A stretch of 64,000 nt of DNA from Chloroflexota bacterium (GCA_036774405.1 DAIPBO010000015.1:4497-68496), one strand, 5' to 3'; counted from the stretch's first letter, positions 30,119 to 40,342 are shown. Numbers and translations: made by a program. Notes: generated from the letters alone by a model not told the origin.

Positions 30119-30607
30119 TCAGGGCGTGTGGTGTGTGAGCCTGGCGCGCAACGCTGCGCTCACCGGTTCGGGGACGAACTGGCTCACACTGCCGCCCGCC
30201 AGAGCGACTTCTTTGACAATGGTCGAGCTGAGAAAGGCGTACTGCAGGCTGGTCATCAAACAGACCATATCGATCTCGGGGGCCAGCTCGCGCGTGGTGA
30301 GCGACATCTGGTATTCCCGCTCAAAGTCCGAGATCACCCGCAGGCCGCGCACCACGGTATGGGCGCCTCGCTCACGGCAGAAATCGACCGTTAGCCCGCT
30401 GTAGCTAGACACCTCGATGTTGGACACATCGGCCAACACCTCGCGCACCATCGCCACCCGCTCCTGGGTGTTGAATAGCAGGCTCTTCTGCGGAAGATCA
30501 TAAACGGCCACGATGACCCTGTCAAAGATACCAGCGGCCCGCCGGGCGATGTCGATGTGTCCGTTGTGTACAGGGTCAAAGGTGCCTGGATAGACGGCCG
30601 TGTTCAC
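30119..30607 (-). CDS. coaD: Pantetheine-phosphate adenylyltransferase
   Basis: YPGTFDPVHNGHIDI, VRGLRVISDFERE, LSSTIVKE. Confidence 0.96.
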   Translation of the reverse strand: MNTAVYPGTFDPVHNGHIDIARRAAGIFDRVIVAVYDLPQKSLLFNTQERVAMVREVLADVSNIEVSSYSGLTVDFCRERGAHTVVRGLRVISDFEREYQMSLTTRELAPEIDMVCLMTSLQYAFLSSTIVKEVALAGGSVSQFVPEPVSAALRARLTHHTP

Positions 30608-30620
30608 AGAGGTGTTCTCC

Positions 30621-33152
30621 TCAGGTCAGGTTTAGCGAGCCCCAGAAGCGTCGCACTGCCTCAGCCAGCATGGTGTGTTCGGGCTGCTGCAGGTTTGCGT
30701 CTTGTGCAAAGAGGCGTTGGGCCTGCACACGCGCCTTTTCGAGCGTGGCTGCGTCGCCCAGATCGGCCACACGGAGTTCGGGCATGCCACTCTGCCGCAC
30801 CCCGAAAAAGTCGCCAGGCCCACGCAGCTCCAGGTCTTTCTCGGCCAGGGCAAAGCCATCGTTGGTGGCCTCCATGGCGGCCAGGCGTTGCATGCTCAGC
30901 TCGCTGGCGTCCTCTGCCATCAAGATGCAGTAAGAGCGGTGTTCACCGCGACCCACGCGTCCACGAAACTGGTGTAGCTGGGCCAGGCCAAAGCGATCGG
31001 CGCTCTCGATAAGGATGAATGTCGCGTTGGGCACGTCGATGCCCACCTCGACGACTGACGTGGACACGAGTATGTCGACCTCGCCGCTGGCAAAGGCCGT
31101 CATCACCTCATCTTTGGCCTCGGCCGAGAGCTGACCGTGCAAGAGCCCGATGTGGAGATCGGGAAAGATCTCTTCTTGCAGATGCTTGGCCTCGGCGATG
31201 GCCGATCGCGCTTCAACAGCGTCAGACTCTTCGACCAGAGGGCAGATGACAAACCCCTGCCGGCCTTCGGCCACCTGCCCGCGCATGAACGTATAGATGC
31301 GTTCTCGCGAGCTCTCGCCGCGCACGGCCGTAGCGATCTCCTGGCGGCCGGGCGGCAACTCGTCCAAGACTGACAGATCGAGATCGCCGTAGAGGGTCAG
31401 GGCCAGCGTCCGGGGGATGGGCGTGGCGCTCATCACCAGCATGTGTGGGCTCGGCGTGCTGCGTGACAGCAAGGCTGCGCGCTGCTCCACGCCAAAGCGA
31501 TGCTGCTCGTCGACGATCACCAGGCCGAGCTGTCGAAAGCTGACCGACTCTTGGATGACGGCGTGCGTGCCCACCACCAGATGCACCCGTCCCAACGCGA
31601 TCTCGTCTCGGATGCGCTGTTTGTCGCCTTCGGGCATGCTACCGGTCAACAGCCGCACTTGCACCTCGGGAAAGGGCGTCAGCAGGCGACTGATGGTGCG
31701 CATGTGTTGCTCAGCCAAAATCGAGGTGGGCGCCAGCAGGGCGGCCTGCAGGCCGTTGTAAGCCGACATGAGCAGCGCTGCCAGGGCCACTACCGTCTTG
31801 CCCGAACCCACATCGCCTTGTAGTAGACGGCGCATGGGGGCCGGGCGCTGCATGTCTTGGGTGATGGCCGCGATGGCGCGGTCTTGCGCTGCCGTGAGGG
31901 CAAAGGGCAGACTGTCCCTAAACGCCGTAAGGCGCTCAGCAGGCGCCTCGAGGGCCAGGCCTCGCAGCGTCTCGAGCTGCTGCCGGCGCCCCAACACGCC
32001 GAGCTGCAGCAGTAGGAACTCGTCAAAGGCCAGGCGTTGCCTCGCTCGCAGCAGCGACTCGGCATCGTCAGGAAAGTGCACCTGATCGATGGCGCGGCTC
32101 AGGGGCACCAAGTCGGCCTCGTGCAACACGTCGGCGGGCACCGGGTCGAGCAGGCGCGGGGCCAGATCATCGATGGTTCGTTTGATGATGCGCCGCAGCC
32201 AGCGCTGGCTCACTCCCTCTGTCAGCGGGTAGACCGGCACCATGCGTCCGGTGTTCAACAGCTCCTGTCGCGCCAACTCCCACTCGGGCGACTTGAACAG
32301 GAGCCGCCCCAGGTATTGATCGACACGGCCGCTCAGCACCAGCGCAGAGCCCTCACGTATCTGCTGGCCAAGGTAGGGCTGGTTGTACCACACGGCCTCG
32401 ATCTGTCCGGTCGAATCTCGCAAGACCGCCGAAAAGATGGTCATGTTGTTGCGTGTGCGGCGGACGGTGCTGCGCACTACAATGCCAGCGATGGTGACCA
32501 GCTGGCCTAACTCGAGCTGGTTGATGCGCGCCAGCTGAGCATAGTCGTCATAACGCCGTGGGAAGTGATAGATCAGATCGCGCACGGTAGCAATGCCCAG
32601 CGGCGCCAGGCGGCGCTCGCCGGCTGTGCCGATGCCCTTGAGTTTGGTCACCGATGCGTTGAGATCGAGCACATGGCCTGCCGCAGCAACCGGTTGCTGC
32701 GGCGCTGCCTTGGGCGCTGCCGACGTGCGGGGCCCCAGAGGCTCTTGGGGCGGAGCGGGCGGCGTCGCTTGCTGCTCGGCCTGCGCTGGGGCGTCTGGTG
32801 CGAGCGGCTCGGGGTCGACTCTTTGGTCGGTCTCGGGTGAGGCCGCTACGGCGTCGATGCTGGCAACGGGTTCATCATCTGGCTGTGGGGTAGAACGCAC
32901 GCGCGCCAGGGCCACCACCAGCTCCTCGACCAGGGGGCGCCGCTCTGCGACAGAGAGTTCGGCATAGCCGGCCAGGCGACCGAGGATTTCGTCAACAGTC
33001 AGCCCGCTGGTGACCTCTCCCTCTTGCTCACGCGCCTCTTTCTGCCAGAACTTGAGAAAGCGCTCTAGGCCGCCGATCACGGCGCGGTCTCGGCAGCTCT
33101 GCTCACGCTCGAGCACGAGTATGCGCCGAAGCTTGTCCATAGCAGTAGACAT
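30621..33152 (-). CDS. recG: ATP-dependent DNA helicase RecG
   Basis: Wedge domain; RLAFDE, LQGDVGSGKT, DEQHRFG, MSATPIPR, GLAQLHQFRGRVGRG, DLELRGPG. Confidence 0.96.
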   Translation of the reverse strand: MSTAMDKLRRILVLEREQSCRDRAVIGGLERFLKFWQKEAREQEGEVTSGLTVDEILGRLAGYAELSVAERRPLVEELVVALARVRSTPQPDDEPVASIDAVAASPETDQRVDPEPLAPDAPAQAEQQATPPAPPQEPLGPRTSAAPKAAPQQPVAAAGHVLDLNASVTKLKGIGTAGERRLAPLGIATVRDLIYHFPRRYDDYAQLARINQLELGQLVTIAGIVVRSTVRRTRNNMTIFSAVLRDSTGQIEAVWYNQPYLGQQIREGSALVLSGRVDQYLGRLLFKSPEWELARQELLNTGRMVPVYPLTEGVSQRWLRRIIKRTIDDLAPRLLDPVPADVLHEADLVPLSRAIDQVHFPDDAESLLRARQRLAFDEFLLLQLGVLGRRQQLETLRGLALEAPAERLTAFRDSLPFALTAAQDRAIAAITQDMQRPAPMRRLLQGDVGSGKTVVALAALLMSAYNGLQAALLAPTSILAEQHMRTISRLLTPFPEVQVRLLTGSMPEGDKQRIRDEIALGRVHLVVGTHAVIQESVSFRQLGLVIVDEQHRFGVEQRAALLSRSTPSPHMLVMSATPIPRTLALTLYGDLDLSVLDELPPGRQEIATAVRGESSRERIYTFMRGQVAEGRQGFVICPLVEESDAVEARSAIAEAKHLQEEIFPDLHIGLLHGQLSAEAKDEVMTAFASGEVDILVSTSVVEVGIDVPNATFILIESADRFGLAQLHQFRGRVGRGEHRSYCILMAEDASELSMQRLAAMEATNDGFALAEKDLELRGPGDFFGVRQSGMPELRVADLGDAATLEKARVQAQRLFAQDANLQQPEHTMLAEAVRRFWGSLNLT

Positions 33153-33174
33153 AAGCGATTCGCCTCGCGTTTCG

Positions 33175-34014
33175 TTAGGCCTCAAAAGCTGCCACGCCAA
33201 AAGCGCGCACGCCCATCAGCGAGGCAAAGACAGGGCCATAGATATGTTCTTGGTAGGGCTGGTCTGGTCGAGCCTCGGCCATGGCGGCCTTGATCTCGTC
33301 CATCAGGCTGCTTTGCCCGTTGTGCAGGTAATAGAGCTGACTCAGCGAGCGAAACTCGCCGATGAACTCGATGATCCGCTCTGAAGGCGCGCCACGCTTG
33401 CGCGAGCGCTGCAGCGGTACCACCTGCCCGTCCTCAACCAGCAGCAGCGGGCGGTAGCTGGGCGTGCCACGCACCTCTTCGTCTCGATCGTCTACGAGCC
33501 CCTTTTGCGCCATCGTGGTCAGCGAGTCGGTGTAGATGGCCAGATACGAGCGAGGAATCAGGCCGCTGGTTTGTCGTACAATCTCGTTGGCGGTGGCACC
33601 TTGTTGCGCCAGCAGGGCGGCCTGCTCGACCAGAATGCCCATGGTGCGCCCGATAAAGGTCGAGTCGAGCACCTGAATGACGCACCGCCCGAGAAACGCC
33701 TGCCTCGCCTGTTGAGCGGCTGCGACGATGCGCGCCAGCTTGGCCGAGGGAGCCACCACGATGATCTGATCGGTCTCGCTGGTGAGTGCTTCAAAGACAC
33801 GGCTGAACTCGGCCGCTGTAGGCGGTGCGGCGCTAGGCAGCAACTTGCCATCTATCATCTCACGATAGTGCTCTGCGGTGCGCAGGGCAGCGCTATCACC
33901 GTGCATCTGTGCACCCACCCGAACGCGCCAGGGCAGCACAGTGATCTGTAGTTGGTCAGAGATGTCCGGCGGTAACTCGCACGAGCTGTCGGTCACGATG
34001 CGTGCGTTCGCCAT
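33175..34014 (-). CDS. DegV family fatty-acid-binding protein (FakB-like), divergent
   Basis: RIVTDSSCEL, SAAP, IQVLDS, YRPLL.VEDG. Confidence 0.8.
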   Translation of the reverse strand: MANARIVTDSSCELPPDISDQLQITVLPWRVRVGAQMHGDSAALRTAEHYREMIDGKLLPSAAPPTAAEFSRVFEALTSETDQIIVVAPSAKLARIVAAAQQARQAFLGRCVIQVLDSTFIGRTMGILVEQAALLAQQGATANEIVRQTSGLIPRSYLAIYTDSLTTMAQKGLVDDRDEEVRGTPSYRPLLLVEDGQVVPLQRSRKRGAPSERIIEFIGEFRSLSQLYYLHNGQSSLMDEIKAAMAEARPDQPYQEHIYGPVFASLMGVRAFGVAAFEA

Positions 34015-34027
34015 CAGGCCCCACCTC

Positions 34028-35722
34028 TCATTCTGCCGAAACGATATAGTGATAGTGCGGCTGCCCGCCCTCGACGATCTCGATCTCGAGATGGTCATAG
34101 GCCGAACGGATGGCCTCGGCCAACGCCTCGGCCTCTATGGCCGTCACCTGCTCGCCATAGTATATGGTGACGATCTCTAGCGCGTCGACCCCGATGCGGT
34201 CGAGCAGGGTAAGCGAGACCGCCAATGCAGACTCATCGGCGGTGATCAGGTCGCCATCCCACAGGCCGATGAACTGCCCCTCATTGACCGACAGCCCGTT
34301 GATCTTGACCGAGCGCACAGCGCGCGTGATCTCGATGGTCTGCACGGCTGTGCAGGCCTCGGCCATCGAGGCGACGTTCTCGTCGATGCCTTCCTGATAG
34401 TTGTAAGCCAGCAGCGCGGCAATGCCCTGCGGCACGCTGCGGGTGGTGATCACTTCGACTCTCTTGCTCGAGAGCGCCTTGGCCTGCTGCGCCGCCAGGA
34501 TGATGTTCTTGTTGTTCGGCAGCAGGATCACCTGTTCCTTGGGCGCCTGCTGGATGGCCAAGAGCAGGTCTTGCGTGCTGGGGTTCATGGTCTGCCCGCC
34601 AGGTACGACAAAAGAGGCACCCAGGCCCTCAAAGACGCGCTTGAGCCCGTCGCCAGCCGCCACCGCCACGATGCTGATGTCGCCCGTCTCCTCGGCTAGC
34701 GTCGAACCCGCCACCTGTGCCAGCCCCAGAGGGGCCTGCTGGGAGCGCATAAACTCTTCGTACTGCAGCTGCATATTCTCAATGATCACCGCGGTGACGT
34801 GCCCCAGGGTGATGCCGTATTCGAGCGCCTCGCCGGGGTGATCGCAGTGGACATGCACCTTGACGGTCTCTTCATCGCCCACCACCAGCACCGAATCGCC
34901 CATGGTGGCAATGTGGTCGCGAATGACAACCACGTCGAGCCCCTTGCCCTGGACAATGAACTGGGTGTCATAGTTGTATTCGCTGTCTAGCAGTTCGGCA
35001 TGGGCGTGCTCGGTGTCTGTCTGCGTTTGTGCCACGTCTACACGCTCCCCACGCTCATACTTTAGGGCGCCTTCGAGTAGATAGACCAGTCCCTGGCCGC
35101 CAGCATCTACCACGCCGGCCGTCTTGAGGACCGGCAAGAGCTCGGGCGTGCGCGCCAGAGAGATGCGCGCCTGCTCTAGCGCATGTTCAAGCACCTGGGT
35201 CACGTTGGCGCCGCCCACGGCGGCCATGTCAGCGGCCTCGGCAGCCTCGCGGATAACGGTGAGCATCGTGCCCTCAACTGGGCGCATCACACCCTTGTAG
35301 GCCGTGGCGGCTGCCTCTTTGAGGGCATGGGCCAGGTCGAGCGCGGTGAGTGTTGCCTTGCCGTCGACGCCATGACCAAAGCCGCGCAGAATCTGCGACA
35401 GAATCACCCCCGAGTTGCCGCGGGCCCCCATCAGCGCTCCCTGGCTGACGACGCGAGCCAGGTCTGACGCGTTGGGTAGCACCCGATCGCCGATCTCATC
35501 CAACGCGGCGCGTATGGTCAATGACATGTTGGTGCCGGTGTCGCCATCGGGCACGGGGAACACGTTCAAAGCGTTGACGCCATCGCGGTGTAGCTCGAGC
35601 CAGTCTCTGGCTGCGCAGAGCGCTCCCCACAATCCCTGGCTATCGACTATCTGCTGATGCTCGCCATCGTTAGTGCCTGGCTCGGCCGACTGTGCCTCAG
35701 ATGGCATGGCTGCCTGTGTCAT
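34028..35722 (-). CDS. DAK2-domain fatty acid kinase subunit (FakA/YloV)
   Basis: LNVFPVPDGDTGTNM, GARGNSGVILSQ, GVVDAGGQG, KVHVH, GGQTMNPST, GGQPHY. Confidence 0.93.
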   Translation of the reverse strand: MTQAAMPSEAQSAEPGTNDGEHQQIVDSQGLWGALCAARDWLELHRDGVNALNVFPVPDGDTGTNMSLTIRAALDEIGDRVLPNASDLARVVSQGALMGARGNSGVILSQILRGFGHGVDGKATLTALDLAHALKEAAATAYKGVMRPVEGTMLTVIREAAEAADMAAVGGANVTQVLEHALEQARISLARTPELLPVLKTAGVVDAGGQGLVYLLEGALKYERGERVDVAQTQTDTEHAHAELLDSEYNYDTQFIVQGKGLDVVVIRDHIATMGDSVLVVGDEETVKVHVHCDHPGEALEYGITLGHVTAVIIENMQLQYEEFMRSQQAPLGLAQVAGSTLAEETGDISIVAVAAGDGLKRVFEGLGASFVVPGGQTMNPSTQDLLLAIQQAPKEQVILLPNNKNIILAAQQAKALSSKRVEVITTRSVPQGIAALLAYNYQEGIDENVASMAEACTAVQTIEITRAVRSVKINGLSVNEGQFIGLWDGDLITADESALAVSLTLLDRIGVDALEIVTIYYGEQVTAIEAEALAEAIRSAYDHLEIEIVEGGQPHYHYIVSAE

Positions 35723-35762
35723 CACGCAAAAGGACCTCCAGAACTGGCGATTGGACCCTGGC

Positions 35763-36119
35763 CTACTGCTCGGGGCTGATGCGCACGCCCTGGACGTGCA
35801 CATTGACCTCGGCCACCGGCATGCCCAGGGCCCGTTCTACCGTGAACTTGACGCTATCCATAACGTTTTGGGCGACCTCAGAGATACGGATGCCGTACTC
35901 GATCACCACATACAGATCAACCGTCACCTGGCCATCCTTGGCGTTCACCTGCACGCCGCGGTGGCTGTTCTCCACCTGCAACACCTCGGCGATGCCATCG
36001 CGCACCGTACTGGCGGCCATGCCTACCACGCCATAACAACGCAGCACCGCATCGCTGGCAAGGCTGGCGATGGCACGCGGCGACACTTCAACTCTTCCCA
36101 ATACCGATCCTGGTGTCAT
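35763..36119 (-). CDS. Asp23/Gls24 family protein (YloU-like)
   Basis: GRVEVS..AIASL...CYGVVGMA, YVVIEYG..I.EVA, VNVHVQGV. Confidence 0.9.
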   Translation of the reverse strand: MTPGSVLGRVEVSPRAIASLASDAVLRCYGVVGMAASTVRDGIAEVLQVENSHRGVQVNAKDGQVTVDLYVVIEYGIRISEVAQNVMDSVKFTVERALGMPVAEVNVHVQGVRISPEQ

Positions 36120-36140
36120 CGCAACGCTCCTCTCACCAGT

Positions 36141-36169
36141 TTGCACCGGCAACTGGATCATGGTACTAT
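36141..36169 (+). promoter_or_regulatory. Promoter for rpmB
   Basis: TTGCAC, 17 bp spacer, TG-G-TACTAT. Confidence 0.55.
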
Positions 36170-36225
36170 GATCGTCGGTCTGGACGCAAATCACGGGCTC
36201 ACAGCCTGTGCGATGGAGGTTGATG

Positions 36226-36408
36226 ATGGCGAGCTGTGAAGTGTGCGGCAAGGGGCCGCAGTTTGGTCACAATGTGAGCCACTCAAAGGTGGCAACCAAT
36301 CGTCAATGGTCGCCCAATATCCAGAAGGTGACCCTGGTCGTTGACGGGCATCCACGCAAGGTGAACATCTGCACCCGTTGCCTGCGCACGCTCAACCGCA
36401 CCAAGTAA
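36226..36408 (+). CDS. rpmB: 50S ribosomal protein L28 (zinc-binding form)
   Basis: CEVCGK.P.FGHNVSHS, R.W.PNIQ, CTRCLR; RBS GGAGG. Confidence 0.96.
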   Translation: MASCEVCGKGPQFGHNVSHSKVATNRQWSPNIQKVTLVVDGHPRKVNICTRCLRTLNRTK

Positions 36409-36430
36409 CCTCACGCGATCGGTCACCACA

Positions 36431-36459
36431 AGGCCAGCCACTAACGGCTGGCCTCTTTT
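36431..36459 (+). terminator. Terminator after rpmB (overlaps rpe stop)
   Basis: AGGCCAGCC-ACTAAC-GGCTGGCCT followed by CTTTT. Confidence 0.7.
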
Positions 36460-37121
36460 ATTGCGCTGCGGCTCGCGGCCATCGCTTGCACCACTCCGTC
36501 GGGGTGCCCAAAGATCGCTGATCCCATCACCAGCACGTTCGCTCCGGCCTGCACGGCCGGCCCCAGCGTGGCCGGTGAGATGCCCCCATCGACCTCGATG
36601 AGACAGTGCTCGTTGCCGCATTCGGCCAGCCGCAGGCGGATGGTGCTGATCTTGCGCAGGGCATAGGGCAAGAGCTCTTGACCTCCAAAACCAGGGTTTA
36701 CCGTCATCACCAGCACCATATCGACGAGCGGCAGAGCGTGCTCGAGCAGGCTCACGGGCGTGGCCGGGTTGAGCGTCACGCCAGGGTGCACGCCGGCCTC
36801 GCGGATCAGCGCCAGTGTGCGGTCCAGATGCTGGCACGCCTCAACGTGTACTGTGATATAGCTGGCGCCCGCGGCCGCAAAGGCCTCGACATACCGCTCT
36901 GGCTCGACGATCATCAGGTGGACGTCTAGTGGCAGGCCAGTCACGGGCCGGAGGGCACGCACTACCAGCGGCCCCACGCTGATATTGGGCACATAGCGCC
37001 CATCCATCACATCCACGTGGATCAGGTCCGCCCCCGCGGCCTCGGCTTGTCGCACCTGTTCGCCCAGTCGCGCGAAATCTGCTGCCAGAATTGACGGCGC
37101 TATCAACACCCGCTCAGCCAT
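36441..37121 (-). CDS. rpe: Ribulose-phosphate 3-epimerase
   Basis: IAPSILAADF, IHVDVMDG, LDVHLMI, MTVNPGFGGQ, IEVDGGI. Confidence 0.96.
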   Translation of the reverse strand: MAERVLIAPSILAADFARLGEQVRQAEAAGADLIHVDVMDGRYVPNISVGPLVVRALRPVTGLPLDVHLMIVEPERYVEAFAAAGASYITVHVEACQHLDRTLALIREAGVHPGVTLNPATPVSLLEHALPLVDMVLVMTVNPGFGGQELLPYALRKISTIRLRLAECGNEHCLIEVDGGISPATLGPAVQAGANVLVMGSAIFGHPDGVVQAMAASRSAIKEASR

Positions 37122-38193
37122 GCTGGCCCGCCTCAGCCGAGCGCTTGGCATAGCGCTCGCGCAGCTGGCCGCAGCCTGCCTCGATCTCGAGGCCCCGACT
37201 GGCGCGCAATGTGGTTTGGATGCGCCCGTTCACCAGGATCTCCTGAAAGCGCATGACGCGCTCTCGCGGCGAGGGCCTAAAGGGGCAGGCCGGGCTAGGG
37301 TTCAGCGGAATCAGGTTGACGTGGCATAGCAGATTACGGAGCAGCTCTGCGGTGCGGCGGGCGTGTTCGTCGCTATCGTTGATGCCATCCATGAGAATGT
37401 ACTCAAAGGTGACGCGGCGGCCGGTGCGCTCGATGTAGCGTCGGCAAGCCTCGAGCAGACGCTCAATGGCATAGCGTCGGTTGATGGGCACAATGCGGTT
37501 ACGCAGGGCGTTGTCGGGTGCGTGCAGCGACACCGCCAGCCCTACCTCCATCGCCTCGCGCGCCATGCGCTCGATGCCAGGGACGATGCCCGCCGTCGAG
37601 ATGGTAAAGCGCCTTGCGCCCAGTGCCAGGCCCTCACGGTCGTTCAGGTTCGCGATGGCGCGCCACACGGCCTCGTCGTTGAGCATTGGTTCGCCCATGC
37701 CCATGAACACCACGTTGGTGACGTGAGCGTTCTGCTGGGCCAGCTTTTGCGCATAGTGCAGCACCTGTGCCGATATCTCTCCCGCTGACAGGTCGCGCGC
37801 AAAGCCGCTCTGCCCTGTAGAGCAGAACACGCACCCCAACGCGCAGCCGATCTGGCTCGATAGGCACAGCGTGTTGCGGTTGGTGTAGCGCATCAGCACC
37901 GTCTCGATATAGTGGCCATCGCGCGTGCGAAAGACGGTCTTTTCGGTGAGGCCATCGTCCGAGACGGCCACATCGACGGGCTCAAGCCGGCCCACATAGG
38001 TGTGTTCGGCCAGTTGCGCCCGCAACGCCGCCGGCAGGTTGACCATCTCGCCAAAGTCGGCCGTGAGCGTATGGTAGACCCAGCGCCAGATCTGTGCAGC
38101 ACGAAAGCGCGGTTGCTCCCAGCTGACCACCAGGGCTACCAACTCGTCGAACGAGAGGTTGAGCAGGTCGATGGCGTCGTTCGTAGAGGTCAT
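37114..38193 (-). CDS. rlmN: Dual-specificity RNA methyltransferase RlmN
   Basis: CLSSQIGCALGCVFC, FMGMGEP, SLHA, FEY, VNLIP, AGCGQL. Confidence 0.95.
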   Translation of the reverse strand: MTSTNDAIDLLNLSFDELVALVVSWEQPRFRAAQIWRWVYHTLTADFGEMVNLPAALRAQLAEHTYVGRLEPVDVAVSDDGLTEKTVFRTRDGHYIETVLMRYTNRNTLCLSSQIGCALGCVFCSTGQSGFARDLSAGEISAQVLHYAQKLAQQNAHVTNVVFMGMGEPMLNDEAVWRAIANLNDREGLALGARRFTISTAGIVPGIERMAREAMEVGLAVSLHAPDNALRNRIVPINRRYAIERLLEACRRYIERTGRRVTFEYILMDGINDSDEHARRTAELLRNLLCHVNLIPLNPSPACPFRPSPRERVMRFQEILVNGRIQTTLRASRGLEIEAGCGQLRERYAKRSAEAGQHG

Positions 38194-38206
38194 GTTGGCC
38201 TTTCCG

Positions 38207-38905
38207 TTAGCGTCTGCGCCGCGAGCCCCCCAGCAAGAACACATAGTACAACAGCGTGGAAAGCGACTGGATCACAGCGGCCACGTAAGTGAGCGCGGCG
38301 GCGTTGAGCACAGCGCGGGCACCTTGCTGCTCGATGGGGCTTACCAGGCCAGACCTCTCGAGCATGACCATGGCACGGCGGCTGGCGTCCAGTTCGACAG
38401 GTAGCGTTACCAGTGAAAAGAGCAGCGTGCCCGCAAAGAGCACCACACCGATCACTGAGAGATCATAGACAGATAGGACCATCCCCAGCATGAAGACGAT
38501 CGGCCCCAACCAGGAGCCGATTTGCACCACAGGCACCAGCGCCGAGCGCAGCTTGAGTGGCATATAGTGGCTGTGATGCTGCAGGGCATGGCCCACCTCG
38601 TGGGCCACGATGCCCATCGAGGCCACCGAGGCGGTGCGCCCCACGCCCGTAGAGAGATGTAGAGCGCGTTGACGGGGGTCATAGTGATCGGTCAGCTCGC
38701 CACGCGTCTCGTTCAGGCTGACATCCGTCAGGCCGTTGCTCGCCAGCAGGCGCTGCGCCACCTCAAAGCCGGCCAGCCCACTGCGGTTGGCGACACGCGC
38801 ATACTTGCCATAGGCCGACCGCACCTTCCACTGTGCCCATAGGCCCAGCAGCAGTGCGGGCAGTGCAAACATAAAGTAGGTCGGGTTGAAGTAAGGCCAG
38901 TACAT
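38207..38905 (-). CDS. Membrane neutral zinc metallopeptidase (YugP-like)
   Basis: LTDHYDP, AHEVGHALQH, LVTLPVELDASRRA, AAALTYVAA. Confidence 0.9.
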   Translation of the reverse strand: MYWPYFNPTYFMFALPALLLGLWAQWKVRSAYGKYARVANRSGLAGFEVAQRLLASNGLTDVSLNETRGELTDHYDPRQRALHLSTGVGRTASVASMGIVAHEVGHALQHHSHYMPLKLRSALVPVVQIGSWLGPIVFMLGMVLSVYDLSVIGVVLFAGTLLFSLVTLPVELDASRRAMVMLERSGLVSPIEQQGARAVLNAAALTYVAAVIQSLSTLLYYVFLLGGSRRRR

Positions 38906-39114
38906 CGATATTCCTCATGCACACTGTTGATGACGTCTTTACTCAAGTATAATCGCCAGCGCGACGCCTGCAAGTCACTGGCAGGCGCCATCGCCTGCAA
39001 TCCCACGCCGCGCCAGCAGCACTGTGCTGCTTCCCTGGGGGTGTGCGTGCGCCATCTCTCGGCACAGTCTAGACCACGGTGAGGACACTGGCCAATGCCG
39101 TGACCGGCAGACGG

Positions 39115-39142
39115 TTGACGCCTCGGGGACCGAAGCTATAAT
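39115..39142 (+). promoter_or_regulatory. Promoter for thiI-malQ
   Basis: TTGACG, 16 bp spacer, TATAAT. Confidence 0.65.
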
Positions 39143-39177
39143 CAACCTTCACATCGCGTCACTGCAAGGAGTCAGGG

Positions 39178-40305
39178 GTGGGGCTGATCCTAGTTCGCTA
39201 CGGTGAAATCGCCATCAAAGGGGGCAACAGGCATCTATTCGTGAGCCGCCTGCGGCGCAACATCCGCGCGGCCCTGCGCGCTCACGGTATCGATGCCGAG
39301 GTGTCCTCACAGGGGCAGCGCATTCTGGTGCGCACAGAGCAGGTAGAGCCTGCTCTCGAGCCGTTGTCTTGCACCCCTGGCATTGTCTCTTTGAGCCCGG
39401 TGGTCGAGGTGCCCAGCGAAATCGAGGCCATCGAGCGTGAGGCGTTGCGTCTGGCGGCCGTCGAAGGCGTCAGCACAGAGCGCACCTACTGCGTGCGGGC
39501 TCGCCGCCCCTGGAAGCAGTTTCCCCTCACCTCCGTCGAGATCAACCAGCGGGTGGGTGGCGCCATTCACCGTCAGTTCGCAGCCAGCGCCAATCTCTCG
39601 CAGCCCGATGTCACGCTGACCATCGAGGTGCGCCCCGAGACCACGCTCCTGTCGACGCGCACCATCGCTGGGCAGGGCGGCCTGCCGGTTGGCTCTGAGG
39701 GCAAGGTGGTGGTGCTGCTCTCGGGCGGTATCGACTCGCCAGTGGCCGCCTGGATGATGATCAAGCGCGGCTGCGGCATCATCCCCGTGCACTTTTCTCA
39801 AAGTGAAAGCGATACCGCCAAGGCGCTGGCCAATGTCGAGCAGCTGCAGCGCTATAGCCATGGCTTTGAGCTGCGCCCAGTGGTGTTGGATCATGCCGAG
39901 ACCATAGCCCCCTATCTTGAGGGGCTGCAGCGCATCGCCCAAGAGCGCTGGACCTGTGTGTTCTGCAAACGCGCCATGCTCGAGCGCGCCAGCGCTGTGG
40001 CCCAGGAACTGGGGGCGCACGCCCTCGTCATGGGCGATTCGCTGGGCCAGGTCGCCAGTCAGTCGCTTGCCAATCTCGAGGTCATCTCTCATGGCATCAG
40101 CAAGCCGATTCTGCGGCCCCTGATCGGGCTCGACAAGGCCGACATTGTCGAGCTTGCCAGACAGATCGGCACGTTTGACACCTCCATCCGCGAAGCCGAA
40201 CCCTGCCCATTTCTGCCCAAAGGCCCAGTGACACGCGGCACAGTGGGGCGGCTCAAGGGTATTCTGCAGCGTCTCTCACAGGTCGATGATCGAGCCGTCG
40301 AGTGA
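39178..40305 (+). CDS. thiI: tRNA 4-thiouridine sulfurtransferase (THUMP + PP-loop, no rhodanese)
   Basis: VRYGEIAIKGGNR, GGLPVG, LLSGGIDSPVA, GDSLGQVASQ, RPLIGLDK. Confidence 0.93.
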   Translation: MGLILVRYGEIAIKGGNRHLFVSRLRRNIRAALRAHGIDAEVSSQGQRILVRTEQVEPALEPLSCTPGIVSLSPVVEVPSEIEAIEREALRLAAVEGVSTERTYCVRARRPWKQFPLTSVEINQRVGGAIHRQFAASANLSQPDVTLTIEVRPETTLLSTRTIAGQGGLPVGSEGKVVVLLSGGIDSPVAAWMMIKRGCGIIPVHFSQSESDTAKALANVEQLQRYSHGFELRPVVLDHAETIAPYLEGLQRIAQERWTCVFCKRAMLERASAVAQELGAHALVMGDSLGQVASQSLANLEVISHGISKPILRPLIGLDKADIVELARQIGTFDTSIREAEPCPFLPKGPVTRGTVGRLKGILQRLSQVDDRAVE

Positions 40306-40342
40306 ACGTTGTGCGGCGCCACTGCCGCCAGAGGAGCCCAGC

